DNA of 64,000 nucleotides from Orbicella franksi (taxonomy: Eukaryota), in the NCBI GenBank assembly GCA_964199315.1, contig OZ116706.1, forward strand, positions 5,642,001 to 5,706,000. Direction: 5' to 3'. The position numbers were made by a program, and so were the translations under genes. Shown here piece by piece: positions 22,848-37,200 of this stretch; the first letter of the stretch is position 1; every line of letters starts with the position of its first letter. The notes under the pieces were generated by a model. The model worked only from the letters and a program-made list of their open reading frames with translations. It searched no databases and was not told the origin of the DNA.

Positions 22848-25800
22848 AGTTCATTTCTTGCCGTGCCACGGAAACTAGAGCACTAATACATCCGTCGTTG
22901 TGATTTGAACAATTTCCAGCAAGTTTGAAGGGCATCCATAAGCCGTACGGCAGGATTCTAAGCCTCGAATTTACTAAACGACGCCATCATAAGCTCGATT
23001 CGGCACTCGCCAACAATAGAACAACCATCCACCAGAACGGAAACTACTCCGCACTCTGAAGATCGATCTAAAAGACGAAAAATACCGTTGAAATCGCTTC
23101 TGATCTGCCGTGGACGCACTTATCTTCGCAGGAAGTTCCCTTTTGGCGGTTAAAACGCTCCCGAAGAGAGGTTATTCAACTAAAATCCCAATTTTAAAGA
23201 TGATACTTCAACCGAACTTGGTCAGCGTTCTGTATGAAATGCATATATCACGTGACCAAATGACATGTAATCGGATAGTTTCAATACTTGAATGGGTTTC
23301 AAGAATGTCATTACAAATTTTCTCTCCTAATGAAGAAAACATTCGCCGGCCGTGAAATAGTGCAAAATGGTGTCTTAGTCTCCAACTGTGAATTTTTTAA
23401 ATTCTTCTCTTTGAACGATCTTGATTTTCTGTTTGCATACTTTTAGGCAAAATAGCATTATTCCCTGGAGAGATAGCCGTTAAAGTCTGATAACGCGGTT
23501 AATGAATTTTTCGCTTTAGCATAAATATGGAAACGTGAGAGAGGGAATTGTTGAGTGGTACAATAACATAAATATCAAATCCAGACTTGTCTTGACGAAA
23601 GAAGAATTTGAAAACCACTCCAGAAAATGAATTGATGAATTGCTCTCAATGTCAAACGTATTGATTGCTTAGCCATTAACTAGCAAAACTCGTTATTAAT
23701 TCTGTGAACTCTCGACAGCAAATACAAAAGCTGTCAAAGAAAGGTTGCATGGACTTTCACAGATAATGGCTATGTAAATCCAGGATAGCCCTGTTGCCAC
23801 GCAACCAATGAAATGACGTATCTTAAAATATATTCCGGCGGAAATACAAACATAATCGATCAAATGTAAAATTTCCAAATTTAAATTGCGAATTTCACAG
23901 ATAAAAATAGCAAGATATAAGGTTGAGGAGAACGTTGCTTACAGACGTTCATTTTCAACTTCAATTTGATTTCTCCGAATATTAAATTTAACTACATACA
24001 CATGTGTTAAACGCCCGAGGGCATTTAGGTGAAAATTGACTTTACAGCTAACCGCAAAACCTCTGCGGCCCTGTGGCAATCGGCAAACTCACAACTCCTT
24101 CCTTGTCTGTGTTTCGTTTTGGAGTAAAAAAGCATGAATTACGTTTCGATTTATGGTATTCCGGTTTGTTTAGGTCTGGAACAGAATAAAAAAAACTAAA
24201 AATCTTAGTTTTTGATTCAGTAATTCTTCTCTACAAAGACCATGGCGATTTCCAATCAAAACAGAGCTCCTCGGGAGTTTATTAATATGTTTTAAATCAG
24301 TGCTGTTATTCTTTGAGTTATGAATTAAAGACTTTTTGTAATTATGTTTAAATTCTTTCGATTACGTGAAAAAAATTACAATTCCCTTTTTCAGTGGAAG
24401 TCAATACTGGCGCTATATATTTTACACCTTGCGCTTTCAACGCTATGTCAGTATGTGCAGTACATATAACTATAAAACCAACATTGTCTGCTGGTGTCTG
24501 TGTAATAAATGGCTTTTGTTGAAATCCAATTCTAAAAGCTTTATCAATGCGACTTTGTGATTTGCCGCATGCATGATTTCGAACAAACAAATTCAGGCCA
24601 ACATCATGAAATTCGGCTTTCCCTAAGACTGATATGTTTCAAAACTGACTCTTGCTGACTCTCCGTGGTACGGATTGCAGAAAACAGCCGCTAATTCGAG
24701 TCACTAATGTACCTGCAACGGAAAGGTTATCCTAAAGAGTGTCCATAGAATAAAGCACTTTTTGCTCTGATCAGAAAAGATAGATTCTAAGTCGTTAAAA
24801 TTTTACACTGAATGAAAAACTTATCATAGGTAGTAATCATGAAAAGAATATTAAAATCTGACCCGGCCGAGACCTATCGATCAACTCTATCTGTTATCGG
24901 TCAATTTCGAGTGGCAATATATCAGATGTATTTGAATTCTTTCGGGATTTATGCCATAATTAATAAATCTCGATATTTCTAAGCTTCTTAGCAAGCAAAC
25001 ACCTGAGAACGGGCTAGATTCAATCTCCATTGAAATGGACTCACTTAAAAGTCGGAAAGTGGCGTTTATAGCTGTTAAAAACTGTCGCTGGTATGATTTT
25101 GCGGTCGAATTCCCACGACACTCCAATTCAACGATTTATTACAATGAAATGCCGGGATTCGCCTTGTGCGTGACCGCCTAGTGTGTGTCGTCTTCCAGCT
25201 GAAAATGCCGACGACATCCTATTTTAATGGCTTTACTAGCTTTGTCACGCGATAAGCAATTGTATGCTTTTGACTGGATTTGGATCGGAACGATATAAAA
25301 TATGGACACAAAATAGACATAAATATTACCTCATTGGTGGAGATTAAAAAAAACTATCTTGAAACCTCTAAGGAAGGCGGCTCTCGAACCGAAAATGAAG
25401 CCCCCTTGCGTAGCCTGATAGTATTGTCTGAGGGCATCCTAAATAGTTTAAGTTCGCATCTAGCCCCAGACATTTAACACAATTCAGTTATCTATATTTT
25501 TAATCTATGTAAAAGAAAACAAGTGCTGCTATAGCTACCAAGTGAACCAGTCAACGTTTGTACTGAATTCTGAGGCAATTTCAGTGCTGTTAACTGAAGC
25601 CTGTTTTTATGGTCGCGACGCTTGATAAAATAAAACCTTGTAGGCCGCCTCTTCCGCTATGATATCGCAAAGATAATATACAAGATTGCCTCGTTAATTG
25701 TCCATATAGCTGTGCTCTGTTGCCTTACCCAACTGGGTGAGTTTTTTTCAGTCTGAATTCAACTGTGTCAACCTGTATTGTACTTTTAAACAGTTCACAC

Positions 25801-26367
25801 AACACAACAAATTCGGGCTCTGAAAAGTTTTCAACGTACGACGTCGAAAGAATTATGAGTTCCGGATACATTCTTGAACCCTGACCATTTCGAGATGATC
25901 TTTATAAGTAAGTAATAAAAACCTGGAACATTCTCTACATGAATGTCATAAATACGACTTAGTGAAATTATTGCTCACTGGGCAGACACCCTGAGACTGC
26001 AAGTAACTTACACTATGCAGAAAATAGCAACAGTTGGTAATCCACTTAAGAGGTTCTCAAGATTTCCAATTGTTGTGGAAGAAAAACCAAACCCAAACCT
26101 CAAGTGAATAGTAATTTTAAAAAAAAAACAGTCAGCCACAAAAATAAACCCGGGGATAAGTGAGGACTCGACCACGCAAGGAAACCAAGTCACGGCTTAG
26201 GTTTTGCAACGTGACTGGCAGATGACAAAAGCACTTACCAAACGACCAAGCCGGCACGGTGCTCAGGAATTCAAAAATGTAAAGGAAACGGTGCGTTTTC
26301 CGGAATACGTAATCTGTTTTGGTTGAAAATGCCGCCAACAACAAGTGACTACATAAACAACACTGAG

Positions 26368-26390
26368 CAACAACAACAACAACAACAACA
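26368..26390 (+). repeat. (CAA)n microsatellite
   Basis: About 7-8 tandem CAA units. Confidence 0.9.
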
Positions 26391-29300
26391 CATTGGTGAC
26401 ATTCTTCTTTTACGATTCGAAACCTCGAAGCAAGTTTATGGAGGCCAAAGACCCGATTTGAAAATCATCACATTCAGTGAAGCCCTATCCGTATAGAATA
26501 TAATTGTCTGGCACTCGATTCTTAAAAAAGAAAAACGTGATAGACAGTAATTGATGCATAAATACTACACTAAATTAACAGCAATTAAAAATATGAAACA
26601 TGCAACGTATTATTTATAGAAACCCGGTCGAGAAGAGTACATGTAAGTGAAGTCAATATTTTTACAGTTTTGTTACGTAGATACACCCCTTAGAGACCTA
26701 CTGGCGCCATGATTACTTGTGGTTTTTAACGCCACAATCAAAATATGTAATTTGTATTTCGACAATTATTCTTTTTAAAGACAACTTAACACGAAGACTT
26801 AAGCAGATTTAGATGATTCGCGTGGGTAGCTTGCTTAAATAAATTACTTTTACCACAGCGCCAAATCCATGTCGTCATTTGTATATCCTTTTTATTCATA
26901 TTGAAAGTGGTGCGGCATGAGAAAATAAAAAGTCGGCCTCTTGGTTAATTCAGAATATATAATTATCAGTCACCGCCCCTGGCCACATCCTTCCTTTCTC
27001 CCTTAAGCATTTTAACGCCTGGATTTGTTAGCAAATTCAGCTGGTTTTACGCCAGGAGTTTAAAATCTTTTAGATCAGATGGAAAAGATGATTGACATCT
27101 ATATTGTATATCGTACGTACAGTCTTAAAAAATTACGTACAGTAATCCTTCTCTGTTGTTTTCATTATTCATTTTTAATTATTGTATTTACATGTGACGT
27201 ATGTTTGATACAATGAATTTTCAGGGATATGAAGCTAAAAACAACACGATTTATTTGTGGTTATTGGACTATACGTTCTTGCTTCTTCTCCCCACCCTCC
27301 CCTCCCCCGTTAATATTTAAGTACCATTAAAGTTCTTTCTTGAATCTTAAGTTACTGAAAATGCAATTGGTTATAGACAAGAGCTCAAAGACCACATTGC
27401 TCACGTTGAAATTTGCTTCCGATAAGTGATGACGAAGATTCCTGAGCCCAGATAGCAGAAAAAAGAAAGGGGGGATTAAAAACACTACTCCAGGAAAGGA
27501 GCCGTTGTAAATGCAGAAAAGCTTAAAAAAGATCAGACAATAAGAAAACATTTACAATCACCTAGAGAGCGCAGGAATTCCGGCGGAAGTCAGGCAAACT
27601 TCATCAGCTTTTCCAACGGTCAAGGTGATATGGCGGGATTTGTTATAAATCAGTTCTCTCGGCGTAGCCTGGGGGCGAATGTAGTTCCTCGCCATAACAC
27701 AGCGCACCTAACACACCCGCGTCCACGATATTTTTCCAAATTTGATCCAACATACAATTGTGGTCTGCTTTGCAACCGTCAGCTTGTACGGTGTGACTAT
27801 AACAGTGTTTGACAGAAGTCCACTGTCCAAGCAGATTTATAAATAGTTATTGTAAAGATTTTGTCTACGCTGGCCGATTATTCGTTAAGTATCTGTTGAT
27901 TAATATATACATCCAATTTTCTTAAGACTTGTGCTATAGTAAGCTTGACTGTTGCATGTTCAGTGTAGTCCTTTAAAGCCACTGGAATTTATATCGGTGT
28001 AAACTGGGTTCAGTGAAAATCGAGTTATGGCTTGTTTCGCTGCCAAAACATCTCAGACATGACAAACATGTGTAGTCTGAATTATTGAATTATAGCGTCT
28101 TCCAGGTAATTGCCCGGATGCGCTCACAGAGAGCCAGGTATCATTTCTCGGATTTTAACACGATTCTACACGCTAAAAATGTCATTTGTATTTTCTATAC
28201 GTTTCTCCAAAAACCACAAACCGAGAATAGTGACAAAAGCGGATGTGCTTTTTGGACTGTTTAGTGTTGCTGAGAGCTCATCAGTATCGAAATCTGCCGC
28301 TACATAACACGACGGTCAAGATAGAGATTGGGTAAGAATTAAGACGATTAAAACACTGATTGCACGATCCATGAAATAACAACGGGATTAAACTGATAAT
28401 ATCACTTGATATTTCTGATGATCTTCTTATGCTCCGTTATTGGATTTAGGGGTGTGCGAGGGGGCAAGACAGGGGGTTGGTGGTTGCATAGGGGATTATA
28501 AATTCGAAGACAAAATACACCGAAACTGTTTTAGTTTCAAAATTCGCCTGGCTATCTGTTAATGTGAATACGTTGTTCTTTAGTTGAACTTATTTACGTG
28601 TGTTTGGGGTTTTGTCTTTTTAATATCTGCGTCGAACTTCAAATCAATATTGCCATGTTTTGATTTCGCTTACGAATGGCACGCAAGCGAGCTCTCTGAG
28701 TTATTTTATTCCTGGGCGACCTAAACTGTGTTCCTCTTTACACTTGGGAGCATGTAGACATTACATATTGCAAAAACACGTTTTGTCTTAAATGTCCGGA
28801 AATACATGCTTCTTTTAAAGCCTTGAATTTTAAGTTCAACTGCCATTTATATCGTTCACGTAAGCAACATCGACTTCTAGCTGGGCTTATGCATGGTTTC
28901 AACGACTCACCATGTCACTGAGCATTTAGGAAAAGAACTCACTACAAAACAATTTCATAATTGGTACAGGTTTTCATTTTTCATTTAGTTTCTAAAGTCA
29001 CAACTCTTGCACGGAATAAATTCCTTCTAGAAAGACCAGAAACTATCAAGTGGTTTTCATATAGCAAACAATAGGTCCCGCAAAACTTTGATTAAACCAT
29101 AGACAAGTTTACCTCAGGGTATAGAAGAACTATGACGTGCAAAAAAGACCCCCTACTTCCTTAAGCCCAAAGCCATCTACACAAAAGTTCTAAAATACTG
29201 CAATTCACAGAATCAAATGCTTCATTCCCGCGTTTTACAGTCGATCCCAAATAAGTTCTCTAATTTTCAAGCAAATCTCACTGCACTCAAGTGTTTTCGT

Positions 29301-29888
29301 ATAGCTTAAGTCAAATATCTTAAATGATTTTTGCGGGCCTTTGTGTAAAAGATCAAAGAGGGAGCCCGGAGGTTCACCCTACCTACCTTCTTTCTCGACT
29401 GAGTCTTCTGCTTGGGGAATGCGTTGATCAGGATGTGTTTCACTGCTCGTAAACTCTGCGTGATCGAAGCCCCAAATCGACGGTGTTGACCCAAAGTGGT
29501 GTTGACTCCAATAAATCCTTGCGGTCACGGAAATCCCTAACCTTAGTAATCCAGTTATTTTGAAGACGTTCGCGCGACTGGCGCAGCCAGGAGTGTTTTG
29601 TGACTATTAAATGCTGTTCGGCCGAGACATCATACGACTCAAGTGAATTGCGTTTTTTTTCTTTCTTACTTTCCAATAAAAAAGTCATGATCACCATCAT
29701 CATCATCATAAACGAATATATAATTCTCAAAGCACAGTTCTGTTTCTCAAATTCTGAAAATGACAAATGTCAATACTTTTTCATTTTCTCATTAATAAAA
29801 TTGTGCGAATCGCGTGAAACATCTTTAAAAATTACCAGTGTACCTATTTAATCGCTTATGGCTTTTAAAATAACACATTTAAAACTGA

Positions 29889-29891
<3 letters not shown>

Positions 29892-29941
<50 letters not shown>

Positions 29942-29942
29942 T
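29892..29942 (+). repeat. (TTA)n microsatellite
   Basis: About 17 tandem TTA units. Confidence 0.95.
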
Positions 29943-30380
29943 GCTGTGGGAGGGGGGGGAGGCGGTTGCAGTGTATTTACTCTCCCTGCTCCTACTAAAA
30001 TGTATGGACACTCTTTTCAGTTGTGTTCGACGGCTCGTAGTAAGGGTGGTCGTATGAAAAAAATATAACAATGAAAAAAAACAACAACAACTGAGACATT
30101 TGTTGGAACCTAGAGAAGGCCGCCGTTACATCGAGTCGATTTTGTTTAGACAAAATTAATTGGAAAAATCGGTCACCGTTCAGAAATGTTCGGCCTGGAA
30201 GCGACTAAAGAATTTGATCGAGCAGAAAATATTATTAAAGGATTCTAGGAAGTATTTTCTTTTTTCCTAATGTTTACCATCGCCTTTAAAATTGTCTCGA
30301 TCATAAGTTCTTTAACCTTTGTGAAAACGTCGTTTATTGAGAAATTATTTGTGACCAGTTTTCAGTCAGCATCGGGCTTA

Positions 30381-30685
30381 GACCCCGTCCTCCCAACAGA
30401 AATTTGAAAACGCAACAATCACCGGCCACTTAGCTCGGTCATTTGAGGAAATCTCCGTCAGGGAAATCTCGTGATTAACGTGACGTCATCGTTTTCGAAC
30501 AGCTCCGATTTCAAATTGTTTTCCGTACACACCAGTAAAACGCAAAGCCGGTATTTTCTGGTTTGAAGAGCTTTTGCGAAAAGTTCCGTTTTCGTGACGG
30601 ATTAGTGTGGACGGTAGGCCTGATCGACCGTAGAAATAAAGTTGCGTTTTCAAATTTCTCCGGCGTATTAATTGTGGACGGGCAG
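30381..30685. mobile_element. PIF/Harbinger-like MITE (degenerate)
   Basis: tta|gaccccgtcc ... gtggacgggcag|tta ends, with inverted agaaatttgaaaacgcaac / gttgcgttttcaaatttct subtermini. Confidence 0.55.
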
Positions 30686-30927
30686 TTAGACTTCTGAGTA
30701 AGACGAAGTCCGAACCTAAATTTATTCCTCTCGATTTTTTGGAAGTATTGGGGTTTTGCCTTTGCCACCTAAGCCCAGAATACTACTCCTTCAAAAAGAA
30801 ACAAACATTAAAATAATCTTGACCAAACAAAAACGACGAACTTTGCAAAAGTATAACGGGGTTTTTGGGCGAGTGAATTCCGGCAAAAATGCCTTGACTG
30901 CTCTTCATAATACTATCCAAAGATTAA

Positions 30928-31164
30928 AGGAGCTCAGTCACGGTTTGCGCATATTGAAAAGTTTAGCCTCAATTTTTCAAATTCGTCGTTTGTAATCCGT
31001 GTTAATCTTTTCCATCCTTAGCCATCCTTGTTTTTTTATGGTTTATCATTAACTCTTTGGTGTTTTTCTACCTTATTAAACTGTTACTTTCAGATTTCCT
31101 ACCCATGATTTAAGGTAATTTTGTATGTGGCCAAAATGACTCAAAATACCGCGACTGAGCTCCT
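30928..31164 (+). mobile_element. Kolobok-like MITE, copy 1 (237 bp)
   Basis: TTAA|AGGAGCTCAGTCACGG ... CCGCGACTGAGCTCCT|TTAA; nearly the same sequence recurs at 60569 and 62097. Confidence 0.85.
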
Positions 31165-32914
31165 TTAAGATAGAGTACATTAGCTGTAATTGCTCCATCC
31201 GAGAACGTGATTCTCTTCAAAGCAGCACTAGAAACCCACTTGTCTTGATATAGGTTTTCTGTGAACATCAGTAGCGGAATACATCGAACCACTCAATCAG
31301 TTGTTGGAATATTGATGAAATCGATGAATACACTTGATCGAACGGAAAACCCTTAATTGTCTAGTATAGATTCAGATCGATAAATAGCCAAGAAGAATGT
31401 TAAAATACCCAGCTTGGGTGATGTTTTTCAAAACAAGTTAATAATATCTTGACTCGGCCTATGACGGATAAAACTTGTGATCAGAAGTCTCTTCGAAATA
31501 TGGTGGGTCTTGAACTCATTTCAGTCGGAGAAACATTCAATATCTCAAGCGAAAACGAGAAACAAATTGAAAATTCTGTTAACTTCAATTAAAACTGAAA
31601 AATAGTACGTGTGTGAATTGAATACAAGGGCCTATATAGAAATACTGAAGTCATGTGTAAATTGTTTGGTTGCAAACTGTTGGTTCAATGCACGCCCACG
31701 AAAGAAAAAGGTAACATTTTTTCTTGTTCCTTCAGTTCCAAGTATCCAACGATTCCATCATTAAGGCATTGTCCTCCTTCAGTTAAATTATTGCCGTATA
31801 TTTTTTTCTCAGTTCTACTTGTTCCATCCTCTTGAAAAATAGAGTCAAACTAGTAACAATACAGACAAGATGAGACACCGAGACTTGCGCATTTTGAAGA
31901 TTTTGATCCAAGCGAGTAGTAAGAATTGTAATCACCGGTAACTAATTTCATGCGATGCAATTGTTGTATAGTTCAACAGCATGTTTTCATTAAAGTTGTG
32001 TTGTACCTTTATTTCATGTTTCGTTTTCGTTTTTCGTTCTGCAAGTGCACACGCCATCATAACGGAAAATATAATTGGCTCTGTCACGTGTTTTGCTGGC
32101 ACTGAAGCACGGTTATTTTTCGATTTGACTTTGCGGTTTTCAAGGGGTTTCAGTTGACACCTTTTACACGCTCGAAAACAAGACTCAATCGACGACTTTT
32201 GCTTTTAAACAAACATAACAGTCACAGTTCTTTTTACATTAGAGATTTTATTTTTATTTTAGCCGATCTTGCAGAATTGGGAAATGCACTAAATACATTC
32301 ATCTAATACTTATGACCACCACACAGCCTAGCAAGATTTTTACAAAACAAAAATAAATTTGGCAGGAAGTGAACTCTCACGTCACAAGTATCTTTTAATG
32401 CTTCTTGGTGGAGCTTTATCAAGCGTCCATCAGACGTGCACGAGATTCCATGTTTTACTACCGTTCCTAACACCGAGATACGGCGCACAGCGTCGTCACT
32501 TCAAAACTGAGAGAAAACCACGCCTATTACCCTAATTTTTTTAAGTATCCATAATTCATATCACTGGCCGTATTTACCTTAGAAGATGAATAATAGGTCT
32601 TGATGAATACGGAAAATAAGACACATAAAACGTCAGATGAACTTATCAACTAAACGAGCTTATCTGAAGTTTGAATTCGCTTGACTAAAATTATTAATCG
32701 AGCGACCACCACTCTCTCTCACCATAGATTGTTTTGTTAACGCACGAGTTTCATGCATCTCGTTTTTACGCGGACGCACTTTATAATGTTAGACGTTACT
32801 CGTCTTCCTGGATAAATACGGCCAGAAATGCACGCACAAGCCACCCATAAATATGTTCCCACTAACTACTTAGAAAATTACATCGTCTCCATCGTAAGCT
32901 CAAAGCAACTTTAA

Positions 32915-33317
32915 CCGGTGCACTCCCATATGAAAAGGTCGGAGATGATCGTTGGAAAATTTGAATTAAACCCCTACAGGAGACCAATCTGGGTGTGACT
33001 CGAGCTTTATTGGACCCCAGAAAGATACCACTTAAAACGGAATAAGCTCGATTATCAGCCGCTGTTCAGGAAACGAGTCCGCGCTAGTAGACTAATCCCG
33101 TGAGATCGGCACAGATCCAGCCTGAAAACGGAAAAACGGGCGTTTTTTTATTATCATTTCGTCGAGTGCACCCTAAAAGATATTGACAGCTAAAAATAGA
33201 GGCGTTTCGTCATGAACACCATGAGTGAATCCAGAATCCTTGAATTATATCCCTAAGCGAGACAACGAGCATCCTCGACCTTTTCAAATGGGTGTCCCCC
33301 CCCCCCTCCCCCCCCGG
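32915..33317. mobile_element. Non-autonomous element with CC(C)GG/G-tract TIRs
   Basis: ccggtgcactcccatatgaaaaggtcgg ... cgaccttttcaaatgggtgtcccc...ccgg. Confidence 0.6.
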
Positions 33318-34266
33318 AACTTACCGTCCATGATTGTTAAAACGAATTGACGAATTTCACTCTACTAAATATCAGTCGTTGGGCCAGCAACATCTCTGTT
33401 TATTAAATATGAAAATCTATCAAGGTGAAGTTTAGTTAAACGCAAATAAAAACGGCGTGAATGGAGACAATTTTTTACCAAAATAAATAAGCTTAGAGTC
33501 GCTTTTTTTAATGCGTGACATGAAAATGCTTTGGTTTTTGCGTCTATTCAGCTTCAAAACTGGTTAATAAAAAGAAAATCCTTCTACAAGCTGTAACCAA
33601 TCACATCAAACGTATTCTTTTAGCCAATCTGTGAAATTGTAAACCCAAAAGTGACCTAGCCTTTTTCTCTCTCTTCGCGCTAGGCACCAGTTGCAAGTTT
33701 TCCCGCGCTAGGTACAGGTTCCATGTTTTTTTTTCAGCTGGAATTCTAATTGGTTCAATGTGTTTTCTGCGTTTGTTGTGATTGGTCTGCTACGGTTGCT
33801 TTGGTTTTGGTTACTTAACCAATCGTTAGAAGTCTTCTGTAATTCTGTAATTAAGTTCTTCCTTAAGAACGTCCAAACGAATTTTACTTAGTCCGACTTT
33901 CAAACATTTTCCATCACTTCCCTTCTTTTCTTGATCCCAAGACTTACCAATAACTATTAAGTCTAAAGATGAAATCCTTAACTAGTGTGGATACGCACAC
34001 GAAAACTATGAAGTCTCTCTGTGTTGTTCAATAGAAAAACGTTTAAAACATTTTGCACTCGGGCACTCTAAGATGAGGAAAGAAAATTTACTTAGAACTT
34101 AATCACTGCCAAGTGCATCCGAGCTTAACCAAGCCGGAAAGGCAGTTGATTTGAGGTGTCCGCCAGCGACGAGGGTGTTAAGCGGTGTAGGGTCGACTTT
34201 CCACTCCCTTTTTTTCCCTAAAGCGTACATAGACACTGCTTCTTTAGATGTCACGCCAGCTGCTGC

Positions 34267-37200
34267 TCAGTAGAAGGGTTCTAGTCTCACTCCATTTCCC
34301 ACCAAGGAAAAGGGGTTCACCTTTGCCCACATCAGCGCGTTGTTTAGTGACATCACTGAGCGACCATCGTTCAAGAAGAACGCCTGACCCTGAAACGCAA
34401 GAAACACCGTGTCAATTGGAAAGAAATAAGTCTCCTGCTAGTCGCACGCAGTTTCCAGAGAGAAATTTTGTCACAAGAAAACTGAAAAGGAAATTTGTAT
34501 TATTTAACAATTTTCCAAGTTGGCAAGACTCTCACTGTTTGAGAAACAACATAGCGGCCGAACTGGTCAGCTAAAACAAATAGTTCAGTAGCACAACGGT
34601 ATAAATTCTATCCCAGCTCAAAGAATGCCTGATGTCGTCGCAAAAATTCTATACTCAGGGCCGTAGACAGAAAAAAGGCAATGTCCATGACTAAATTCTC
34701 ATCTAAGGTGTTTAGCAGTGTTTTACTTTGTCCATCCAAAATATAAAACAATAAAAACGACAAAAATGACTGTGGCAAGTGCCTCGGTTTGCCTCATACT
34801 CTATATACTGGCTACGGCGCTGATGCTATGACACAAATGATCATGCCAGATAGATCCTTTAAGCGTTTCTGATAGGTCGCTGCTAGGTTACAAATTTTTC
34901 TCGCGCAAGTCGTAACCAATCAGGTAGATCTGGGCTATGTCATCAGAAGACGTCTTTTTCTATAACCTCGTTCCCAGGGTCCGCTCTCTTTCTCGAGAAA
35001 CCAGCCGTTACCAAGGTACTTTCTCGAGGTACAGAAAGTACCAAAGGAACGACTTTGGTTTTTCTCACGATGGAAGAATTGAACACGCCAACAAAGACAG
35101 TAGTTTGGCTAATGTTAGGAGAATACAGCATGTCTTCTATGATTAACGCGCGAGTTTCGTCGTTACCTTGATTCTCTCTCCAGTCAGACATGACAGTTGG
35201 ACATCTGAGTGACTTGGGAGAAGAGACCCCGTCACCATGTCAACACCAACCTCGTACATGGATGCCTCAGTCCCTGACAGAAAATAAAAACGATTGAAAT
35301 TACACCGCATTTAAGCGGAACAAGTATCATTTTTCGAGAGGAATCTCGTTTCTATGAAGTATGAATTGACTTGACACAGTTTCCAGATTTTTCCTTCCAA
35401 ACCCGGTAATGTTGTTGAGTTAATGTTTGATCGTCTTGGCATCATGTCGTAGATTCGCCAAAAGCCTCGCTCGCTCGTCTGATTCGAATGGATGCACTCA
35501 CTTGAAACTTTTTTTTTTTAATATGTTCGTTATACGGTCGTAATCAATCAGTCAAATGAGGAAAACCTTTCATGTCACGTTGTTGAAGAGTTGCTTTCTT
35601 CCTTGGACATAATCATTACTTACCAACACGCTTCAGTAACAAGTCCCAAACGGCCTTCTGTTCAGGAGTGGGAGTGACAGAGGGACTGGAAACAAAAAAG
35701 ACCAACTTATATTATGCTGTTAACTATTATCGTCTTAGTCGACATAAATGATCTTCTCGTTGCTCTAGTTCCAAGCAAACCCTTTTGACCTCCTTCAAAG
35801 AACTGGATTGCGAGTGAATTGAGACAATGTCTCTTTGAGTGATCAACTGTTGTATTCTCATGAGCTGCAAGCTTGTGAAGAGAAATGAGATGCTGATTAT
35901 TGGGGTTAACACATGATAAGCATACACGAAGTACTTACTTGAGAGGCCGGTTGAACGCGAGCCATGCCTCGGATTCGGTTTCGATTTGAGAAGCTGTGAC
36001 CGCCAACTCCACTTTGTCTTGATGAATTAAATGTCTAAGATTAGAAAAAAAATGCAGCATGGTCTTAGACTTTTGGTAATAAAGGAAAACAGTGTAAGCT
36101 CTAGATGTATTCTCGTCTGTCTCGAAACTCAGTCGGTAAAGCGACGGTAATGTTATCCGGAGGTCGTAGGTTGAAATGAATTTTCTTTGGCTCTAGTGGT
36201 ACCCCATTTTGCAGCCAAAAGCTTGCTGAACTTATATGCAATGCTGATAATTTATTCAGTCCAAATAAGAAGTTTCTCTTGTTCCCTTGCGGATTGTCGC
36301 GAGAGTAGTAAGAACGTTTGAGAAGAAAAATCGCCCTCCCATTCTGCTTGTTTTTGGCTGACGGAAAAGAAGAATCCCTTGTAAAACAATGGTAAACAAT
36401 TGAGCAGTGTTTTGTCTCCGCACCTGGCGTGTTTGAAGAGAGGGTGAATGATCGGAGTGTATTTTCTCCTTATCGCCAACAGTGCTCCAAGATATGCGCT
36501 GAGTGCCAGAAGTTCCTGTCTTTGTCTGCGGATAAACAATGGCATACATGAGAACTGTTCAGGCCACGAATTAAAAATTACCCTCAAGAGAAGATGAAGA
36601 ATGAGAAAGTTTATCCCTCATACAGGCCTTATTTCCTTAGACCCTCTCAAGTTATTTTTAGATATGGTATCCAGTCCTCCCGCGGATAATGTGACCACGT
36701 GCGTTGAGTGGATGATTACGTGGAGGGATGAAAAAACTGCGTGAAGCCATTCAGGCTGTCCACATGAGTAATCTCCTGGGATTTCCGTGAGTAATCTACA
36801 AACAACTTGAAAGGGACTACCTTGTGAATAAGCCCTATATAGGGGAATGATTCTGTTACCCTTCAGCCTCCCTAGTTATACCATATCCTCGATAAAAGAC
36901 ATTTCTCTCTGTTGGTTATTCGTTGGAAGGGAGTTTTTGAATCCACATAAGGGGTGAGTCGTTTGATTTTGATCAACACATGAGGGGAAGTCATCACAAT
37001 TATTCTGTTAAATTGCCGCTGAAATGGTAGCACTAATATATTTCTTTACAAAATGTTCCATATAAAATAATTTCATTTCAAGGAAGTGAAATAGTTCTCC
37101 AGGAATACAACAGTTTCACGTAGGAATTGTGTACCATAACCTGCTTTTACTGTAGGATGTGAATTTTCTCTTCTATCACGACTATTGGAACACCTTCACT

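Noticed and set aside
23056-23082. CTGAAGA...GAAA as a possible fourth hammerhead
   Set aside because: No stem II pairing and no NUH triplet with stems; it overlaps the likely Dachsous acceptor.
28255-28286. Minus-strand CTGATGA followed by a GCT/AGC hairpin
   Set aside because: The GAAA half of the core is missing.
29306-29851. Overlapping 62-108 aa ORFs in the Dachsous upstream region
   Set aside because: They start at non-ATG codons or in (CAT)n/low-complexity sequence and show no protein motifs; at most a non-coding exon.
35727-35927. 66-aa minus-strand ORF in WDR17 intron 27 as an extra exon
   Set aside because: Exons 27 and 28 join in phase without it, and no phase-2 donor closes this ORF.
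36863-36997. Possible C/D-box snoRNA in a WDR17 intron (GTGATGA ... CTGA, minus strand)
   Set aside because: No terminal stem and no guide complementarity I could identify; such short boxes occur by chance.
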